Counted from the stretch's first letter, positions 41,197 to 51,240 are shown. The stretch is 64,000 bases of DNA from Planctomycetota bacterium (GCA_040880665.1 JBBDIB010000061.1:24688-88687), one strand, 5' to 3'. Numbers and translations are program-made. The notes: a model not told the origin generated them from the sequence alone.

Positions 41197-41865
41197 CTAC
41201 TCGACGAGTTCCAGCAGCTCGACGTCGAAGACCAAGGTCGCGCGCGGCGGAATCGCGCCCGGCCGGCCGCCTTCGCCGTAGGCCATGTCGAAGGGAATGA
41301 TCAGCTTGCGCTTCTCGCCGACCTGCATGTCGCCGACGCCGACGGTCCAGCCGCGGATGACGCCACTGAGCGGGAAGGTCGCGGGCTCGCCGCGGTCGTA
41401 GGAGCTGTCGAACTTGGTGCCGTCGACGAGGTAGCCGGCGTAGTGCACCTTGACCTCTGCGCTGGGACCAGCGGGCTTGGGTCCCTCGCCTTCACGCAGC
41501 GCGTAGTACGTGAGCCCGCCCTCGAGCTCCCGCGGTTCGCCTTCGACCGGCTCGCCGGGGAAGCGCGGGATGGTGCGCTTGGCATTGACGGTGCCGGCGG
41601 CCGAGATCTCGAGCTCGTAGACGTTGTCGGGCGTCGCGGTCCGGACGACCCAGGCGCCGTTCACGAGCCGCGCCTCGAAGGCGCGTCCGCTGGTGTCCTG
41701 GGCGGCGACGGCGACCGCGGCTTCGAGCGGTGTCGCCAGACCGGCGGCCGCGTAGCGCTCGGCCGGAGAGGGCGGCAACGTCTCGTAGTCACCGGGAACG
41801 AGCGTCGTGACGGCGAGCGCCGTCCCAGCGAGGCCGACGACTAGCGGAAGGGCTTTCAGGAGCAT
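41197..41865 (-). CDS. FKBP-type peptidyl-prolyl cis-trans isomerase (secreted/periplasmic)
   Basis: 222 aa from the ATG at 41865, with a signal peptide ([18 protein letters not shown]). C-terminal FKBP domain ([60 protein letters not shown]). Confidence 0.88.
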   Translation of the reverse strand: MLLKALPLVVGLAGTALAVTTLVPGDYETLPPSPAERYAAAGLATPLEAAVAVAAQDTSGRAFEARLVNGAWVVRTATPDNVYELEISAAGTVNAKRTIPRFPGEPVEGEPRELEGGLTYYALREGEGPKPAGPSAEVKVHYAGYLVDGTKFDSSYDRGEPATFPLSGVIRGWTVGVGDMQVGEKRKLIIPFDMAYGEGGRPGAIPPRATLVFDVELLELVE

Positions 41866-42097
41866 GGGATCACGTGGGATAGGTCGGAAGGGAGGTCCGC
41901 AGCGTAAGGACGTGAGCGCCGCCCGCGCTACCCTTAGAAGTGGCTTCGGCAGCAGGGAACCGAGGCATTGTGTCTCAAGCGCCGTGCCTTCTCCGTCGAT
42001 GCTCTCGGGCAGCACTCTTGGCGAGCGTCGCCCCGGCCAGCCCCGTGCCACGAATCCGTACTCGCCGGCTCGCCAGACGCTACTCTCACGCCAATCG

Positions 42098-43234
42098 ATG
42101 TCCGGTTTCCCGACAGCCAACTTCTCCGATTCCGCCCAAGGTCTCTTCACCGCGGACGAGATCCGCGGCTTGATGCGCGTCGAGTACGAACGCGCCGCGC
42201 GCTACCACTACCCGGTGGCGTTGATGATCATCGACGTCGACCGGATCGAGTACCTGCACGACCTCTATGGCTACGAGTCGAAGGAGGAGATCCTGCAGGC
42301 CGTGATCGGACTCCTGCGCGCGGTGACGCGCGCCAGCGACTTCTTGGGCTGCATGCACGAGGGTCGGCTGATGGCGCTGTTCCCGCACACCTCGCAAGCC
42401 GCGGCGGGCGCCCTGGCCGATCGCCTCCTGTCGGGCAGCCGGCGCCTCAAGTTCGAGAGTGGCAGCCGCACGCTGAGAACGACGTTGTCGATCGGACTGG
42501 CCGTCGCCGCCGAGGATCCGCATTTGTGGTTGGACTTCGTGCAGGCGGCGGACGACGCCCTGGCCTACGCGATCGAGGGCGGTGGCGACCGCTACGTCCA
42601 GCGCGAAGGAGCGGTGGAAATGCTGGGCCGCCTGCGGACCGACCTCGAGGCCGAGGAGCTGGCGCTCGAGCGTGAGCACACGCGCCTCGACGGGTTGCGC
42701 TCGGCGCTGCCGAGCCGCGACGCGGCGCCGAGTGCGCACACGATCACGCCACCGAGCGCGCGCGATCTCGCCCCAGGAATGGTGCCCGGCGCCCGGCCCG
42801 CTGGACAGGGCAACGTGCTCGACCCGCGGGATCGCGAGCGCTTCATGCAGCTCGTCGGCCCCGTGTTCCAGGAACTCGGCGAGCGGACGCCCAAGATCCG
42901 AGCGGCGATGGAGCGCGCGGTCGACCTCTTGATCAAGACCGTGGAGCGCACCCGCCGCGAGACGCTCGACAGCCAGGCCGCCAAGGGCGCGGACACGGTC
43001 GAACTGCTCGAGCGCCGGGTCGCGAAGCTCAAGGAAGCACTGACGGCGGCCGAAGCCGAGATCGGGCGCGTCGCCGCGCTCAAGGCGATGGATCCGGGCC
43101 TCGCGTCCGTCTATCGCTCGGTCCAGGGTCTCGACGAAGGCGCGCAGGACGTCTCGCGGAAGCGCGAGATGCTTGCGGTGTTGTTCGAGGCCAACGTCAA
43201 GCTCCGCGACGAAATCGACAAGCAGAAGCAGTAG
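42098..43234 (+). CDS. Degenerate GGDEF-domain protein with C-terminal coiled coil
   Basis: 378 aa from the ATG at 42098. GGDEF-fold signature [29 protein letters not shown]...[16 protein letters not shown]...SIGLAV...[17 protein letters not shown]. The GG(D/E)EF motif is replaced by MHEGR and the GHxxGD loop is also lost. The C-terminal ~200 aa are heptad-like and charged. Confidence 0.7.
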   Translation: MSGFPTANFSDSAQGLFTADEIRGLMRVEYERAARYHYPVALMIIDVDRIEYLHDLYGYESKEEILQAVIGLLRAVTRASDFLGCMHEGRLMALFPHTSQAAAGALADRLLSGSRRLKFESGSRTLRTTLSIGLAVAAEDPHLWLDFVQAADDALAYAIEGGGDRYVQREGAVEMLGRLRTDLEAEELALEREHTRLDGLRSALPSRDAAPSAHTITPPSARDLAPGMVPGARPAGQGNVLDPRDRERFMQLVGPVFQELGERTPKIRAAMERAVDLLIKTVERTRRETLDSQAAKGADTVELLERRVAKLKEALTAAEAEIGRVAALKAMDPGLASVYRSVQGLDEGAQDVSRKREMLAVLFEANVKLRDEIDKQKQ

Positions 43235-43267
43235 CCATCCTGGCTATCAATCCCCAACATCCCAGCG

Positions 43268-44329
43268 ATGAGCGAACAAGCATCAGCGGCGGAAGCCGCC
43301 AAGGAGCAGGGCGTCCTGTACCTCGGCATCGACCTCGGAACCTCGCGGACCTCGGTGTCCGCCTCGAACGGAGTCCGAGAGACCGTCGCTTCCTACGTGG
43401 GCTATCCGAAGGACGTCGTCAGTCGCAAGTTGCTCCAGAAGGACGTTCTGTTCGGTGAGGAGGCCGTCAAGCACCGCCTCTCGCTCAACTTCTACCGGCC
43501 GCTCGAGCACGGCGTGATCAAGGGCTCGGACGGCAGCGGGGACAAGGCCGAGAACGAGCGCGCGGCCCAGGACTTGATCGCCGAGATCATTCGCAAGGCG
43601 CGGCCGCGCAAGGACGAGCTGGTCTACGCGGTGATCGGCGCGCCGGCTCAGGCGTCGATCACGAACAAGGAGGCGATCCTGGAAGCCGCGCGTGAAACCG
43701 TCGACTCGGTGATGCTCTGTTCGGAGCCCTTCGCGGTCGCCTACGGGCTCGACATGCTCGACGACGTCCTGGTCATCGACATCGGCGCGGGCACCACCGA
43801 TCTCTGCCGGATGCACGGCACGATGCCCGAGGACTCCGACCAGATCACGATCACCTACGCGGGTGATCACGTGGACGCCGAGTTGGCGCGCAGCGTGCGC
43901 CGCAACTTTCCCGAAGCGCAGTTCAGCGACCAAATGATCAAGACGCTGAAGGAGCGCTACGCCTCGGTCTCCGACGGCATGGCCCGGGTCGACTTCGAGT
44001 TCCCCGTCAAGGGCAAGCCGACGAAGTTCGACGTGACGGACCCGTTGCGCGACAGTTGCCGCAGCATCATCGATCCGATCGTGGAAGGCCTGGGCGAGCT
44101 GATCTCGACCTTCGATCCCGAGTTCCAACAACGCCTGAAGGATCGCGTGTTGCTCGCCGGCGGCGGCTCGCAGATTCGCGAACTCGACAGCGAGATCGAG
44201 AAGCGCATGCACGCGCTGCTCGGCGGGGGCAAGGTCGTGCGCATCGAAGAGCCCATCTACGGCGGCTCGAACGGCGCCCTCAAGATCGCCCACGACATGC
44301 CCGCCGACTACTGGGAACGCCTTAAGTGA
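43268..44329 (+). CDS. MamK-family bacterial actin-like protein
   Basis: 353 aa. Actin-fold motifs LGIDLGTSRTS (phosphate 1), VGYPKDV, VIGAPAQAS, SEPFAVAYGL, IDIGAGTTDL (phosphate 2) and LAGGGSQIREL (adenosine). The C-terminal PADYWERL closely tracks MamK (recalled: LGIDLGTSHT, VGYPKDV, VIGVPA, SEPFMVGYG, VDIGAGTTD, PPQYWRQL). Confidence 0.8.
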   Translation: MSEQASAAEAAKEQGVLYLGIDLGTSRTSVSASNGVRETVASYVGYPKDVVSRKLLQKDVLFGEEAVKHRLSLNFYRPLEHGVIKGSDGSGDKAENERAAQDLIAEIIRKARPRKDELVYAVIGAPAQASITNKEAILEAARETVDSVMLCSEPFAVAYGLDMLDDVLVIDIGAGTTDLCRMHGTMPEDSDQITITYAGDHVDAELARSVRRNFPEAQFSDQMIKTLKERYASVSDGMARVDFEFPVKGKPTKFDVTDPLRDSCRSIIDPIVEGLGELISTFDPEFQQRLKDRVLLAGGGSQIRELDSEIEKRMHALLGGGKVVRIEEPIYGGSNGALKIAHDMPADYWERLK

Positions 44330-44340
44330 TGGCGCGCTAG

Positions 44341-45108
44341 ATGAACGAGCGCGTCACGCTGCGCGCCGAGTTCGCCGGTTCGCGCAACGCCACCTTGGCC
44401 GCCCGTTTGGATCTCCCGTCCGCGGACGCGCGGGCCTACGCGGTGTTCGCGCACTGCTTCACGTGCTCGAAGGACCTGCAGGCCGCTTCGCGGATCGCGC
44501 GCGGCCTCTCGGAGCGCGGGATCGGCGTGCTGCGCTTCGACTTCACGGGCCTTGGGCACTCCGGCGGGGAGTTCGCCAGCACGAACTTCTCCTCCAACGT
44601 GGAGGACCTCGTGGCTGCCTGCGACTGGTTGCGAAGCGAGCACGGGGCACCCAGCCTACTCGTCGGTCACAGTCTGGGCGGCGCGGCGGTCCTGGCCGGC
44701 GCGGCGAGCGTCCCCGAGGTGCGCGCGGTCGCGACGATCGGCGCGCCCGCGGATCCAGCGCACGTCGCGCACTTGATCGCGTCCGCGACCGAAGAGATCG
44801 AAGTTCGGGGCGAGGCGCGCGTCGCGATCGGCGGGCGCGAGTTCACGGTGCGGAAGCAGTTCTTGGACGACCTCACCGAACAACGGCATCGCGAACGCAT
44901 TCGCGACCTCGGGCGCGCGCTCTTGATCCTGCACTCGCCCGACGATCGCACGGTGCCGATCGAGGAGGCCGCACGAATCTACGGGGCGGCGCGCCATCCC
45001 AAATCGTTCGTGAGCCTCGATGGGGCCGATCACCTCCTGACGGCTGAACGCGACGCGGTCTTCGTGGCCGACCTCTTGGCGGTCTGGGCGTTGCGCTACG
45101 TGATCTGA
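44341..45108 (+). CDS. Alpha/beta hydrolase
   Basis: 255 aa with nucleophile elbow GHSLGG and C-terminal DGADHLL (His). It resembles the hydrolase half of bifunctional hydrolase/OsmC proteins. Confidence 0.75.
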   Translation: MNERVTLRAEFAGSRNATLAARLDLPSADARAYAVFAHCFTCSKDLQAASRIARGLSERGIGVLRFDFTGLGHSGGEFASTNFSSNVEDLVAACDWLRSEHGAPSLLVGHSLGGAAVLAGAASVPEVRAVATIGAPADPAHVAHLIASATEEIEVRGEARVAIGGREFTVRKQFLDDLTEQRHRERIRDLGRALLILHSPDDRTVPIEEAARIYGAARHPKSFVSLDGADHLLTAERDAVFVADLLAVWALRYVI

Positions 45109-45173
45109 GCCGCCACGGCGGTAGTTCGCGGTTCCGAGTCGCTTCCGTCGTCCCGCTGCGCTACGACACGCCG

Positions 45174-47039
45174 GTGGAGCCCAAGCGCACGGAACGATCG
45201 CTCGGACGCGGCTGGGGCCTCGTCGGGCTCGTCGCGCTGGTTCTCGCGTCGACAGCGTTTCGCGTGCAGCGCGCGTGGGCCGACCCCGCGTTCGAACGGT
45301 TCGCCAGCGCTCCCGCCGACACGCACCTCTGGAAGAGCGACCCCGCGTTGCTCGCGTACTTCGTCGAGCGCATCGCGGATGCGGGCGGCGGCGTGCCGGA
45401 CGACTGGCGCGCCGATCCGCGCGTCGGTCATCCGGCGGGCGCCGACGTTCCGGTGGAGTTCACCGTGGCGCAGGAGTGGCCCGTCGCATGGGCTTGGCTC
45501 GCCGTCGGACGTGACGTGCCGCTCGAGATCGTTGCGTTGATCACGTCGTCGCTGCTCGCGAGCCTCGCACTCTTGGGCGCGGCGTGGGCGGTGCTGACCT
45601 GGACGCGCTCATGGGGCTGGGCGCTGTTCGCGGCGGCGCTCTTCGTGCTGTTGCCGGCGAACCAGCGCACGTTGGGTTTTCTTTTGATGCGCGAGGACCT
45701 GGCGTGGCCGCTCTTTGCGTTGCACTTCGGCGCGTTGGCGGCGGCGCTCTCAACGCGCCGCGCGCGCGAAGCCATCGTGGCGGGCGTGTTGCTCGCCGGC
45801 GCGCTCGCGACCTGGCACGCGAGCCGTGGCTTCTGGGCGCTTGAGCTGGTCGTGTTGGCGGGCGTGTTCCTCGTGCGCGGCGCGCCTGCGCGCCGCGTGG
45901 CGTGGACGTTGGTCTTCGTGCCAGCGCTCTGGCTCGTACCGGCCCTGGCCGCGGGCGAGCGCGAGTGGGGCGCGCTGGTGGCGTCCGTCGCGCTGGCCCT
46001 GAGCGGCTTCGTCCCGGGTCTCGAGACGTGGCGCCGGCGTCTCGTCGCGCTGGTCGCCGTCGGCGCCTGCGTCGCGGCGGCTGCGGCCCTCGCCAGCTTC
46101 GGCGACGCGCCCGCCGGCGCATCGTTCGAGCACGTGAGCGCGGTGCTGCGCGCGAAGCTCGCGCACTTCGGCCAGCGTCCGAGCGACCCGGCGCTGGTTC
46201 CCTTCGAGGCGCGCTTGCTGTGGCAGGGACCGTTCGAGAGCGTGCCCCTCGGCGCGCTGGTCCGATCGCTGGGGCTCGCGGCGTCGCTGGCGCTCGTGGC
46301 CTTGGCCGCAAGGTGTTGGCGCCAGCGGTGCGCGCCGCGGCGCGATCTGGTGCTCGGTGCCGCGGTCCTTTTCGGCGCGCTCTTCACCGCACACCTGATC
46401 GGTCGCACGGTGCTCTTGGCGGCGTGGCTCGTGCCGGTGGCGACGACGATCCTGCTGGCGCGGAGCGGCGCACGACGTCGCGACGCGGCGGTGCTCCTCG
46501 GCGCCCAGGTCGTCGCGTTCGCGCTCTGGTCGCAAGGGCTCTTCCTGTCGTGGTACCTGCCCGCTGGGAAGCCGCTCGAGTACGCGCGCCTGTTCGAGTG
46601 GGTGGCGGCGAACGTGCCGCCGGACGCCGCCGTCGCTTCGGACTTCGTGAACGCGACCGCGCTGCTCCAGGCGACCGGGAACCCGATCGTCCTGCACCCG
46701 AAGTACGAGACCAAGAAGAGCCGCCGAGCCGCGGAGGAGTTCTTCCAGGCGTTCTACGCGGGCACGCCCGCCGAACTCGCCGTCTGGTGTCGCCGCCAGG
46801 GCGTCGAGCACCTCTGGATCGATCGCTACGTGCTGGGCTTCGTCGCGCCGTGGGTCGGCGGCGTGCCCGAGGGAGCGGCGTTCCCCCCCGAGAGCGCCGC
46901 GGCGCTCTTCCTGAGCCAGGACCAGCGCGTGCTCGAGAGCGTCGCGGGCTTCGAGCTCCTCTACCGCAGTCCGCCCTCGATCACCCAGCAAAACGGCGCG
47001 CCCTACGACCTCTTTCGCTGGTACCGCCTGACGCCGTGA
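45174..47039 (+). CDS. Polytopic membrane protein, possible GT-C fold glycosyltransferase (STT3/PMT-like topology)
   Basis: 621 aa with more than 10 predicted TM helices followed by a soluble C-terminal domain of about 170 aa. The first loop has an SDPALLAYF-like acidic motif. No WWDxG motif was seen. The assignment rests on architecture only. Confidence 0.4.
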   Translation: MEPKRTERSLGRGWGLVGLVALVLASTAFRVQRAWADPAFERFASAPADTHLWKSDPALLAYFVERIADAGGGVPDDWRADPRVGHPAGADVPVEFTVAQEWPVAWAWLAVGRDVPLEIVALITSSLLASLALLGAAWAVLTWTRSWGWALFAAALFVLLPANQRTLGFLLMREDLAWPLFALHFGALAAALSTRRAREAIVAGVLLAGALATWHASRGFWALELVVLAGVFLVRGAPARRVAWTLVFVPALWLVPALAAGEREWGALVASVALALSGFVPGLETWRRRLVALVAVGACVAAAAALASFGDAPAGASFEHVSAVLRAKLAHFGQRPSDPALVPFEARLLWQGPFESVPLGALVRSLGLAASLALVALAARCWRQRCAPRRDLVLGAAVLFGALFTAHLIGRTVLLAAWLVPVATTILLARSGARRRDAAVLLGAQVVAFALWSQGLFLSWYLPAGKPLEYARLFEWVAANVPPDAAVASDFVNATALLQATGNPIVLHPKYETKKSRRAAEEFFQAFYAGTPAELAVWCRRQGVEHLWIDRYVLGFVAPWVGGVPEGAAFPPESAAALFLSQDQRVLESVAGFELLYRSPPSITQQNGAPYDLFRWYRLTP

Positions 47040-47042
47040 GCT

Positions 47043-47480
47043 TCAGCCGCGCTGGTACCAGCGCTCGGTCTCTTCGGCGATGCGCTCGACCTCGTCGGCG
47101 GGCGTCAGCTCGCCCTGGCCGATGCCGGGGCAGCACTCCTGGACCGGGCCCTCCCAGGTGTCGCGGTCGAGGTTCTCCTCCCAGAAGGGCCAGGTCGCAC
47201 ACTGCTTCGGCCGGACGGGATAGATCGTGCAGCGCTTCTGTTCGTCGAGGAAGGGGCAGGTCTCGCCCTCGATCGCGAGGCTCGTCCAGCCGCCATCCTT
47301 GACGGTGTGTTGGCGCCGGAACTCGCGCTTGGTCAGGCCCAGGAAGTCGGCGATGTTCGTCACGTCCTGCTTGGAGAGATAGACGTAGGCGTACTCGCCG
47401 TGGTTCGTGCAGCAGCGGCCGCACTGGGTGCACGAGAAGCGCAGACCCTCGGCGTACCAGCGATCGTCGGGCAAGCTCAT
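47043..47480 (-). CDS. YkgJ-family (UPF0153) cysteine-cluster protein
   Basis: 145 aa from the ATG at 47480. It has CTQCGRCC plus CPFL...C...C...CC motifs characteristic of the family. Confidence 0.8.
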   Translation of the reverse strand: MSLPDDRWYAEGLRFSCTQCGRCCTNHGEYAYVYLSKQDVTNIADFLGLTKREFRRQHTVKDGGWTSLAIEGETCPFLDEQKRCTIYPVRPKQCATWPFWEENLDRDTWEGPVQECCPGIGQGELTPADEVERIAEETERWYQRG

Positions 47481-47587
47481 CCGGAACAGGATAGCCACCG
47501 TGGGGAGGCGCCCGTCGCGATCTTTCGCTAGGTGTGCGGAAATGCGCCGTTCGGTTCGGGCTACCCTCTGGCTGTGCGAAACCACAC

Positions 47588-49573
47588 ATGCCGCCCAAGA
47601 AAATCGTCGTCGTCGAGGACGGGGTCCGCCAGACCCTCGAGTTCGCAGCCCCTTTGATCAAGGTCGGGCGCGCCGTGGACAACCACGTGCAGCTCAGGAG
47701 CGCGCACTCGTCGCGCCACCACTGCCAGATCGAGGTGCAGGGCGAGGACGCTTGGGTCGTGGATCTCGACAGCGCCAACGGGACGCTCTGGAACGGCGAG
47801 CGCATCGTGCGTTCGCCGCTGGCGCGCGGGGACGTGCTGGCGATCGGCGAGGCGCGGATCGAGTGGCTGGGCGAGGCGCGCGGCAGCGCCGACGACGCGC
47901 TGCGCACGATCCAGGCCGAGGATGCGGCCGAACGCGACGAGGTGGTCGTCTTCGCTCGCATCGCGCGCGCCCTGCTCGAGGAGAACGAGCTCGACCCGCT
48001 CTTGCGCCTGATCGTCGACAGCGCCGTGCTGTTGGTCGGCGGCGAGCGCGGCTTCCTGCTGCTCTTCGACACCGACGCGGCTCCGAAGGAGGACCTCGGC
48101 CGCATCCGCGTCCGCGTCGCGCGCTCGTTCGACCGCACGGACATTCCGTTGCCGTCGTCGCGCCTCTCGATGGGCATCGCTCGGCAGGCGGTGCGCGAGC
48201 GGCAAGCGGTGCTCTCCGTCGACGCCGGTCGCGACGAACGCTTCGAGGGCATGGCCAGCGTCGAGGGTCTCAAGTTGCGCTCGGTCGTGTGCTTGCCGAT
48301 CGATCTCGACGGCAAGATCGCGGGCGTGCTGTACGTCGACAACCGTCTGCAAGAGGGCGTGTTCGGCGAGGAGGACCAGCGTCGCCTCGGACTCTTGGCC
48401 GATCTCGCCGCCAGCGCGATCCGCAACGCGCGCTGGGTCGCCGAGCTGCGCGAGAAGAACGAACGCTTGATCGGTTCCAGCCAGAAGATCCAACGCTTGA
48501 ACGAAGAGCTGGGGCGCAAGGTGCGCGACCAGGGCAGCGAGCTGGCGGTCGTGCGCGCCGAGCTGGGGCGCGAGCGGGGGCGTTACGACTACTCGCAGAT
48601 CGTTGGCTCGTCCGACGCGATGCGCAAGGTCTTCGCCGAGTTGGATCGCACCGTCGAGGCGGAACTGCCCGTCCTGATCCAGGGCGAGAGCGGCACGGGG
48701 AAGGAGCTGATCGCGCGCGCCATCCACTTCAACGGCTCGCGGAAGGCCAAACCGTTCGTCGCCGAGAACTGCGCGGCGTTGCCCGACACGTTGCTCGAGT
48801 CCGAGTTGTTCGGTCACGCCCGCGGGGCGTTCACCGGCGCCGATCGCGCGAAGAAGGGCCTGATCGAGCAAGCGACGGGCGGCACGTTGTTCTTGGACGA
48901 GATCGGCGACATGAGCTCCGCGATGCAGAAGAACCTCTTGCGCGTGCTACAGGAGGGCGAGCTGCGTCCCTTGGGTTCCAGCCAGCGCGTGCAGGTCGAC
49001 GTGCGCTTGGTCGCCGCGTCGAATCGCGACCTGGCCGAGATGGTCAAGCGCGGCGAGTTCCGCGAGGACCTCTACTATCGCATCAACGTCTTAACCCTGA
49101 AGCTGCCGCCGTTGCGCGAGCGTCGCGACGACGTGCCGCTGCTCGCCGAGGCGCTCTTGAACCGGGCCGCGCGCGACTCGGGGCGTCCGGCGCCGGCTTT
49201 GTCGCACGAGGTGCTTGCGCAGCTCGCGGAGTACGACTGGCCTGGCAACGTGCGCGAGTTGGAGAACGAAGCCCGGCGCCTGATCCTGGCCGCGGTCGAC
49301 GTCGTGCGACTCGAACATCTCTCCGAGCCGATCCGCCAGGCGGGCGCGGCGTCGACGTTGACCACGGCATCGCTGGCCCTCGTCGGCAGCCTGCCGGAGG
49401 CGGTGGCATCGTTCGAGCGGAAGGCGCTGCGCGACGCCTTGACCCAGAACGAAGGCAACAAGAGCCGTGCCGCGAAGGACCTCGGTATCAGCCGCTTCGC
49501 CCTGCAACGCAAGCTCGACAAGTACGAGATCGACGAGGAGGCTGCGCGCAACCCGGGCTCGAGCGGGCGGTAA
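47588..49573 (+). CDS. Sigma54-dependent transcriptional activator with N-terminal FHA and GAF domains
   Basis: 661 aa from the ATG at 47588. FHA (IKVGRAVDNHVQLRSAHSSRHHCQIEV...DLDSANGTLWNGERI), a GAF-like middle region, AAA+ (GESGTGKE, ELFGHARGAFTGA, FLDEIGD) and a C-terminal Fis-type HTH (NKSRAAKDLGISRFALQRKL). Confidence 0.9.
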   Translation: MPPKKIVVVEDGVRQTLEFAAPLIKVGRAVDNHVQLRSAHSSRHHCQIEVQGEDAWVVDLDSANGTLWNGERIVRSPLARGDVLAIGEARIEWLGEARGSADDALRTIQAEDAAERDEVVVFARIARALLEENELDPLLRLIVDSAVLLVGGERGFLLLFDTDAAPKEDLGRIRVRVARSFDRTDIPLPSSRLSMGIARQAVRERQAVLSVDAGRDERFEGMASVEGLKLRSVVCLPIDLDGKIAGVLYVDNRLQEGVFGEEDQRRLGLLADLAASAIRNARWVAELREKNERLIGSSQKIQRLNEELGRKVRDQGSELAVVRAELGRERGRYDYSQIVGSSDAMRKVFAELDRTVEAELPVLIQGESGTGKELIARAIHFNGSRKAKPFVAENCAALPDTLLESELFGHARGAFTGADRAKKGLIEQATGGTLFLDEIGDMSSAMQKNLLRVLQEGELRPLGSSQRVQVDVRLVAASNRDLAEMVKRGEFREDLYYRINVLTLKLPPLRERRDDVPLLAEALLNRAARDSGRPAPALSHEVLAQLAEYDWPGNVRELENEARRLILAAVDVVRLEHLSEPIRQAGAASTLTTASLALVGSLPEAVASFERKALRDALTQNEGNKSRAAKDLGISRFALQRKLDKYEIDEEAARNPGSSGR

Positions 49574-49657
49574 GCTCATCCCCTGGTGCGCGGCGTAGCG
49601 TCGCGGGCCCGCTTCGCCGAGACTAGCCAGCGCTCCTTCGACCCGCCTTTCTCTTCG

Positions 49658-51238
49658 ATGCGCCTCTTCGTCCTTCTTCTCGCCTGCTTGTTCCTCGTCG
49701 TCGGCTCCGCCTTCGCCGACATCCTCGTCCACAAGGACGGTCGTCGTATCGAGGGTCAGGTCGTTCGTCGAACGGCCAGCGAAGTCGTCTTCAAGACGAA
49801 GTTCGCGACGCTGACCTTTCCGGTCAAGGACGTGCTCGAGATCGTCGAGCAAAAGACGCGCGAACAGGAGCATGCCGAACGCCTCGCCGCCGCGCAGACG
49901 GCCGAGGACTTCTATCGACTGGCGCTCTGGTGCGAGGAGCACAAGTTCCGCCGCCGGACGCGCGAGTATCACGAACGCGCGCTCGAACTCGACCCCGACC
50001 ACGCCGGCGCGAACGTCGCCCTGGGCCGCGTGCAGTACAAGGGCGTTTGGATGACGCCCGCGGAGCGCGACGCACGACAGCTCGCCGAGCAAGAGGCCGA
50101 AATGCGTGAGCGCGGCCTGGTTCAGTACGAAGGGCGTTGGGTTACGCCGGAGGAGCGAGCCAAGCTCGAGCGCGGACTGGTCGAGCACCAAGGCCGCTGG
50201 GTCACGCTGGCGGAAGCGATGCGCTTGAAGGGGCTCGTCGAGTTCGAGGGCGGGTGGATACCGGCGGTCGAGGGTTACGCGCGTCGCGACCTCGCCGCGA
50301 TGAGCAAGTTGGCGGGCATCGAGCTCGGCGTTGCGTTCGGCACCGACGTGATGGTGGCGGGCGACGCCGACGTGCCGGCGCTGGAGGCGATCGCGCAGCG
50401 CGCCGATCGGGCGCGGCGGTGGTTCGGTGAGAAGTGGAGCGTCGAGCCGGGGCTCGAGCTGTTCGGTGGACGTCTCGCCGAGCTGTACGCGTTCGTGGAC
50501 GACGCGCTCTACGATCGGACGATCGCGCACACGGTCGAGCGCTCGCGCTGGATCCCGGAAGGCTGGGGCGCGGCCGTCGCCAAGCGCTACGGGTACACCT
50601 GGGTGGATCCCGTGCGGCTCAGCGGCGCGACGCTCCGCAACCGACCGGACAGCCACCTGGACGGGACGTGCTTCCACAACTTCGGCCACTTGATGGCGAT
50701 CAGCATCGGCTACGACGGGCGGAACCTGCCCGCCTGGTACGAGGAGGGCGTCGCGTGCCTGATCGAGTCGGTCGCGCACGGCCAGAACACGGTGTTCTGT
50801 CGGGCCACGTCCGCTACGGGCCTCGGCTCGAGCTCCGGCAGCAAGCATCGGCCCGTCTTCGACGACAAGGCGATGCGCGACGACGGCTGGCGCGCCCGGC
50901 TCGCGGCGGAACTCGCCCAGGGCGGCATCGAACCCTTCGACGCGCTCGCACGGCGCGAGTTCCACGAGCTCGCGTTGATCGACATCGCCACCTCGCGCGC
51001 GATCCTCGAGTGGCTGCTGAGCCGCGAGCCCGGCGCGCTGGCCAAGTTCCACGCCGTTCTGCGCCACCACGCACCGGCGCAGCCGGCGCGCGTGATCCTG
51101 GCCGGTCGCGATCGCCACGCTTGCTACGACGCAGCGTTCGGCGCCGCCGTCGGGATGAACCACCGCCGCGCCGATGCGGAGTGGCGACGCTGGTTCAGAG
51201 CGGAAGGACTCGCAGGAGGCGCCGCGACCGAGCGCTAG
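49658..51238 (+). CDS. Secreted protein with short GRWVT repeats and a DUF1570-like domain lacking the HExxH glutamate
   Basis: 526 aa from the ATG at 49658 with signal peptide MRLFVLLLACLFLVVGSAFA. Repeats are GLVQYEGRWVTPEE, GLVEHQGRWVTLAE and GLVEFEGGWIP. FHNFGHL...AWYEEGVACLIES resembles the HExxH...W.EG.A motif of MA-clan/DUF1570 peptidase-like proteins, with Asn in place of Glu. Confidence 0.55.
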   Translation: MRLFVLLLACLFLVVGSAFADILVHKDGRRIEGQVVRRTASEVVFKTKFATLTFPVKDVLEIVEQKTREQEHAERLAAAQTAEDFYRLALWCEEHKFRRRTREYHERALELDPDHAGANVALGRVQYKGVWMTPAERDARQLAEQEAEMRERGLVQYEGRWVTPEERAKLERGLVEHQGRWVTLAEAMRLKGLVEFEGGWIPAVEGYARRDLAAMSKLAGIELGVAFGTDVMVAGDADVPALEAIAQRADRARRWFGEKWSVEPGLELFGGRLAELYAFVDDALYDRTIAHTVERSRWIPEGWGAAVAKRYGYTWVDPVRLSGATLRNRPDSHLDGTCFHNFGHLMAISIGYDGRNLPAWYEEGVACLIESVAHGQNTVFCRATSATGLGSSSGSKHRPVFDDKAMRDDGWRARLAAELAQGGIEPFDALARREFHELALIDIATSRAILEWLLSREPGALAKFHAVLRHHAPAQPARVILAGRDRHACYDAAFGAAVGMNHRRADAEWRRWFRAEGLAGGAATER

Positions 51239-51240
51239 GC

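Noticed and set aside
43268-44329. Interpreting the MamK-like gene as evidence of a magnetosome island
   Set aside because: No other mam/mms-like genes (MamA, B, E, I, M, O, P, Q-type) are recognisable anywhere in the window. Only the actin-like protein is present.
49581-49600. Possible sigma54 promoter (TGGTGC-N-TAGC) between the EBP gene and the downstream secreted-protein gene
   Set aside because: The GG-to-GC spacing is 11 nt rather than the canonical 10, and the -12 element is TAGC rather than TTGC. This is too weak to report.
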